The notes under the pieces: generated by a model | What the model saw: only the letters and a program-made list of their open reading frames with translations | Told to the model about the DNA's origin: nothing | Databases searched by the model: none | Shown: positions 62,263 to 64,000 of the stretch, piece after piece | How positions within the stretch are numbered: position 1 is the first letter of the stretch | How the letters are laid out: each line of letters opens with the position of its first letter | Assembly: GCA_905178155.1 (NCBI GenBank) | Contig: CAJINV010000013.1 | Location: 982,344 to 1,046,343, forward strand | DNA length: 64,000 nt | Source of the DNA: Amoebophrya sp. A120 | Taxonomy: Eukaryota > Protista > Dinoflagellata | Reading direction: 5' to 3' | Made by a program: the position numbers and the translations under genes

Positions 62263-64000
62263 CGGGTAGTTATTAGACACGATGTTTGTGACAAATTGTA
62301 GATGTAAGTCAGCGTAACTGAAAGAACGAGATTGGTACTTTGACAACAGGCGGGCCCCTACGCAGCCACGCCTGCGCCTTGGCGATGTAGACAGCTTGTT
62401 GGCGCTCACTGATTTCTACCAAAAAGGTGAAAACGATCGCGTTTCTTCACGTGCGTGGTGTAGTGCTCAACCACACTCACATGATCCTTTCGTTCACCGG
62501 TTAATGCAAGTACTTACTCGTCGGGTGCTCATTCGTAAAGAAGAGCTCTTTGCACTTTCGTCAACTTCCCAAGTCAGATGTTAAGGGATCAAAAACGATC
62601 TCAAAACAGAACGCACTTCATTTTTCCGTGCATTTGCGCCTGTCCTCCCGTGAGTGCATGCATGAAGGGGCCTGCCGAAATTTCTATCCTGCTCTCTCAT
62701 CATCAACCAACAGTAAGTGTTGGTTTGGGCAACTTCACGCCGCTGCCTGCTCCTCGTGTCGAAGATACCACGACACATCGTAATCGTTCTCTTTATTATG
62801 CAGTGAAGAAGATCGTAATCTTGCTCGGTCACGACGGACGAACACGCCGGAGGAAGAGGAGAGGACCGCAGCTTTTTTAGCGGTACAAACAAGAAGTCTT
62901 CTCCCGTGGACACCAGTAGCAAGGCGTGCTTGTGTTATTTCAGAAGAATCAGAATCATCATCTTGATCTTCCTCAAACGTTGTAGTTTCATACATCGGAT
63001 ACAATACATTGATTCTGCAGACCACGGGCTGGGTGTCGGCTGCTCGTCAATCTTGATTATACATCGGTCTTCTAACCACGCGCATCAGCACAGGTATTAA
63101 AGCAAAAGAGAAAAAATATCTCGCACGAGCGAGCTCGTTGTTACATTTTCCAAGAGTGCATTAGGCTTGGTACATTCATCTGATTCAAAAAATTTAAATT
63201 AAGTAGTCTCACTTGAATACTGTTCTAGAGCAGTAGCACTATCATTTGCAATTTTTCCGCACAATGCGGAGTCCGTGTGATCAATCTTAACGGCTCGTGT
63301 TGTACGTACAACATCAACCCTTTGCTCGCCTCTTATGGCCTGCGAGTAACTGTCTGACATATACAGCTAAAGAATCCTGAGAGTAAGTCCTTTGCGAAAG
63401 CTCGAGAGAGCTTAGGCACTACAACAAGACCAAACACCACCCGTTTTAGCGGTGAACGACCTAGCGTAGGGAGTCGCACAGTTTGGATGAATCCGAGAAC
63501 TCACTGCTGCTGTGCTTCAGATAAGCTTCACACTACCACCTCATCCGTGTGAGCAGATCAACCTCCAAAGAGCCGCCAGTGCTGAACAACCCGCCTCACG
63601 TGCTCAACCTGACGTCAAACCGGATCCAAGAACCACAGCGCTACCAAAGGTCTCGCTGACTCTCCAACCACCGGAGCGGAAGGAGAGGTATACCGACGCC
63701 ACCGGGGGCCACAGGAAAACACGGAGTTATGCCCTGCGCCGCCAGTTACCACCGCCTAGGCTTGGAGCCTTGCCTTTTCTTTTGTTGGGATTTTTTTCCC
63801 TTCCAGCTTGGCGGGTGCTGGAAGGCGGCGCTGTTCTTTCTTTTACTGTTTTGCGCTCTTGTTTTTTTTTTTTTTTCCCTTTTTTTTTTTTTTTTTCTTC
63901 ATGGCGACTCGCGCTGCTCAGATGCAGTTCCTCCTCAATCTAGCCTGCAGGAGCGGGCTGAGCTATGCTTCAGTACGGTCTTAATTCAACTGCAGGCCGT

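Noticed and set aside
62581-63100. Possible terminal exon(s) of an upstream minus-strand gene
   Set aside because: Short overlapping ORFs without domain or splice support.

Overview
Eukaryotic, intron-rich genomic DNA. The style (non-canonical inverted-repeat introns, co-oriented genes, alveolate-type centrin) best fits a syndinian dinoflagellate such as Amoebophrya; this is inferred, not proven. All nine host genes I could model are on the minus strand: a Gly/Pro-rich protein, a multi-cold-shock-domain protein, LZTFL1, two tandem ankyrin+DHYC palmitoyltransferases, centrin, an unknown membrane protein, a TerC-family protein and a large coiled-coil protein. Main mobile-DNA content: (1) at least 24 MITE-like introners from several TIR families, nearly all with TAT...ATA ends, ~5-bp target duplications and a shared internal GCATNACA motif; their removal restores reading frames, often with no possible GT-AG. 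(2) A 12.4-kb Mutator-type transposon (30522-42935; 23-bp TIRs, perfect 9-bp TSD) whose introner-riddled transposase is followed by, or fused to, a second SWIM finger plus a RecQ-type RQC winged helix; it also carries a G-quadruplex-prone minisatellite. (3) A 1.1-kb insertion with a perfect 30-bp exon duplication that forms a GT-AG intron. (4) An exact 4.0 x 486-bp hairpin-rich head-to-tail array joined by ATAT. (5) A 146-bp satellite. All exon joins were worked out by eye and need RNA confirmation.
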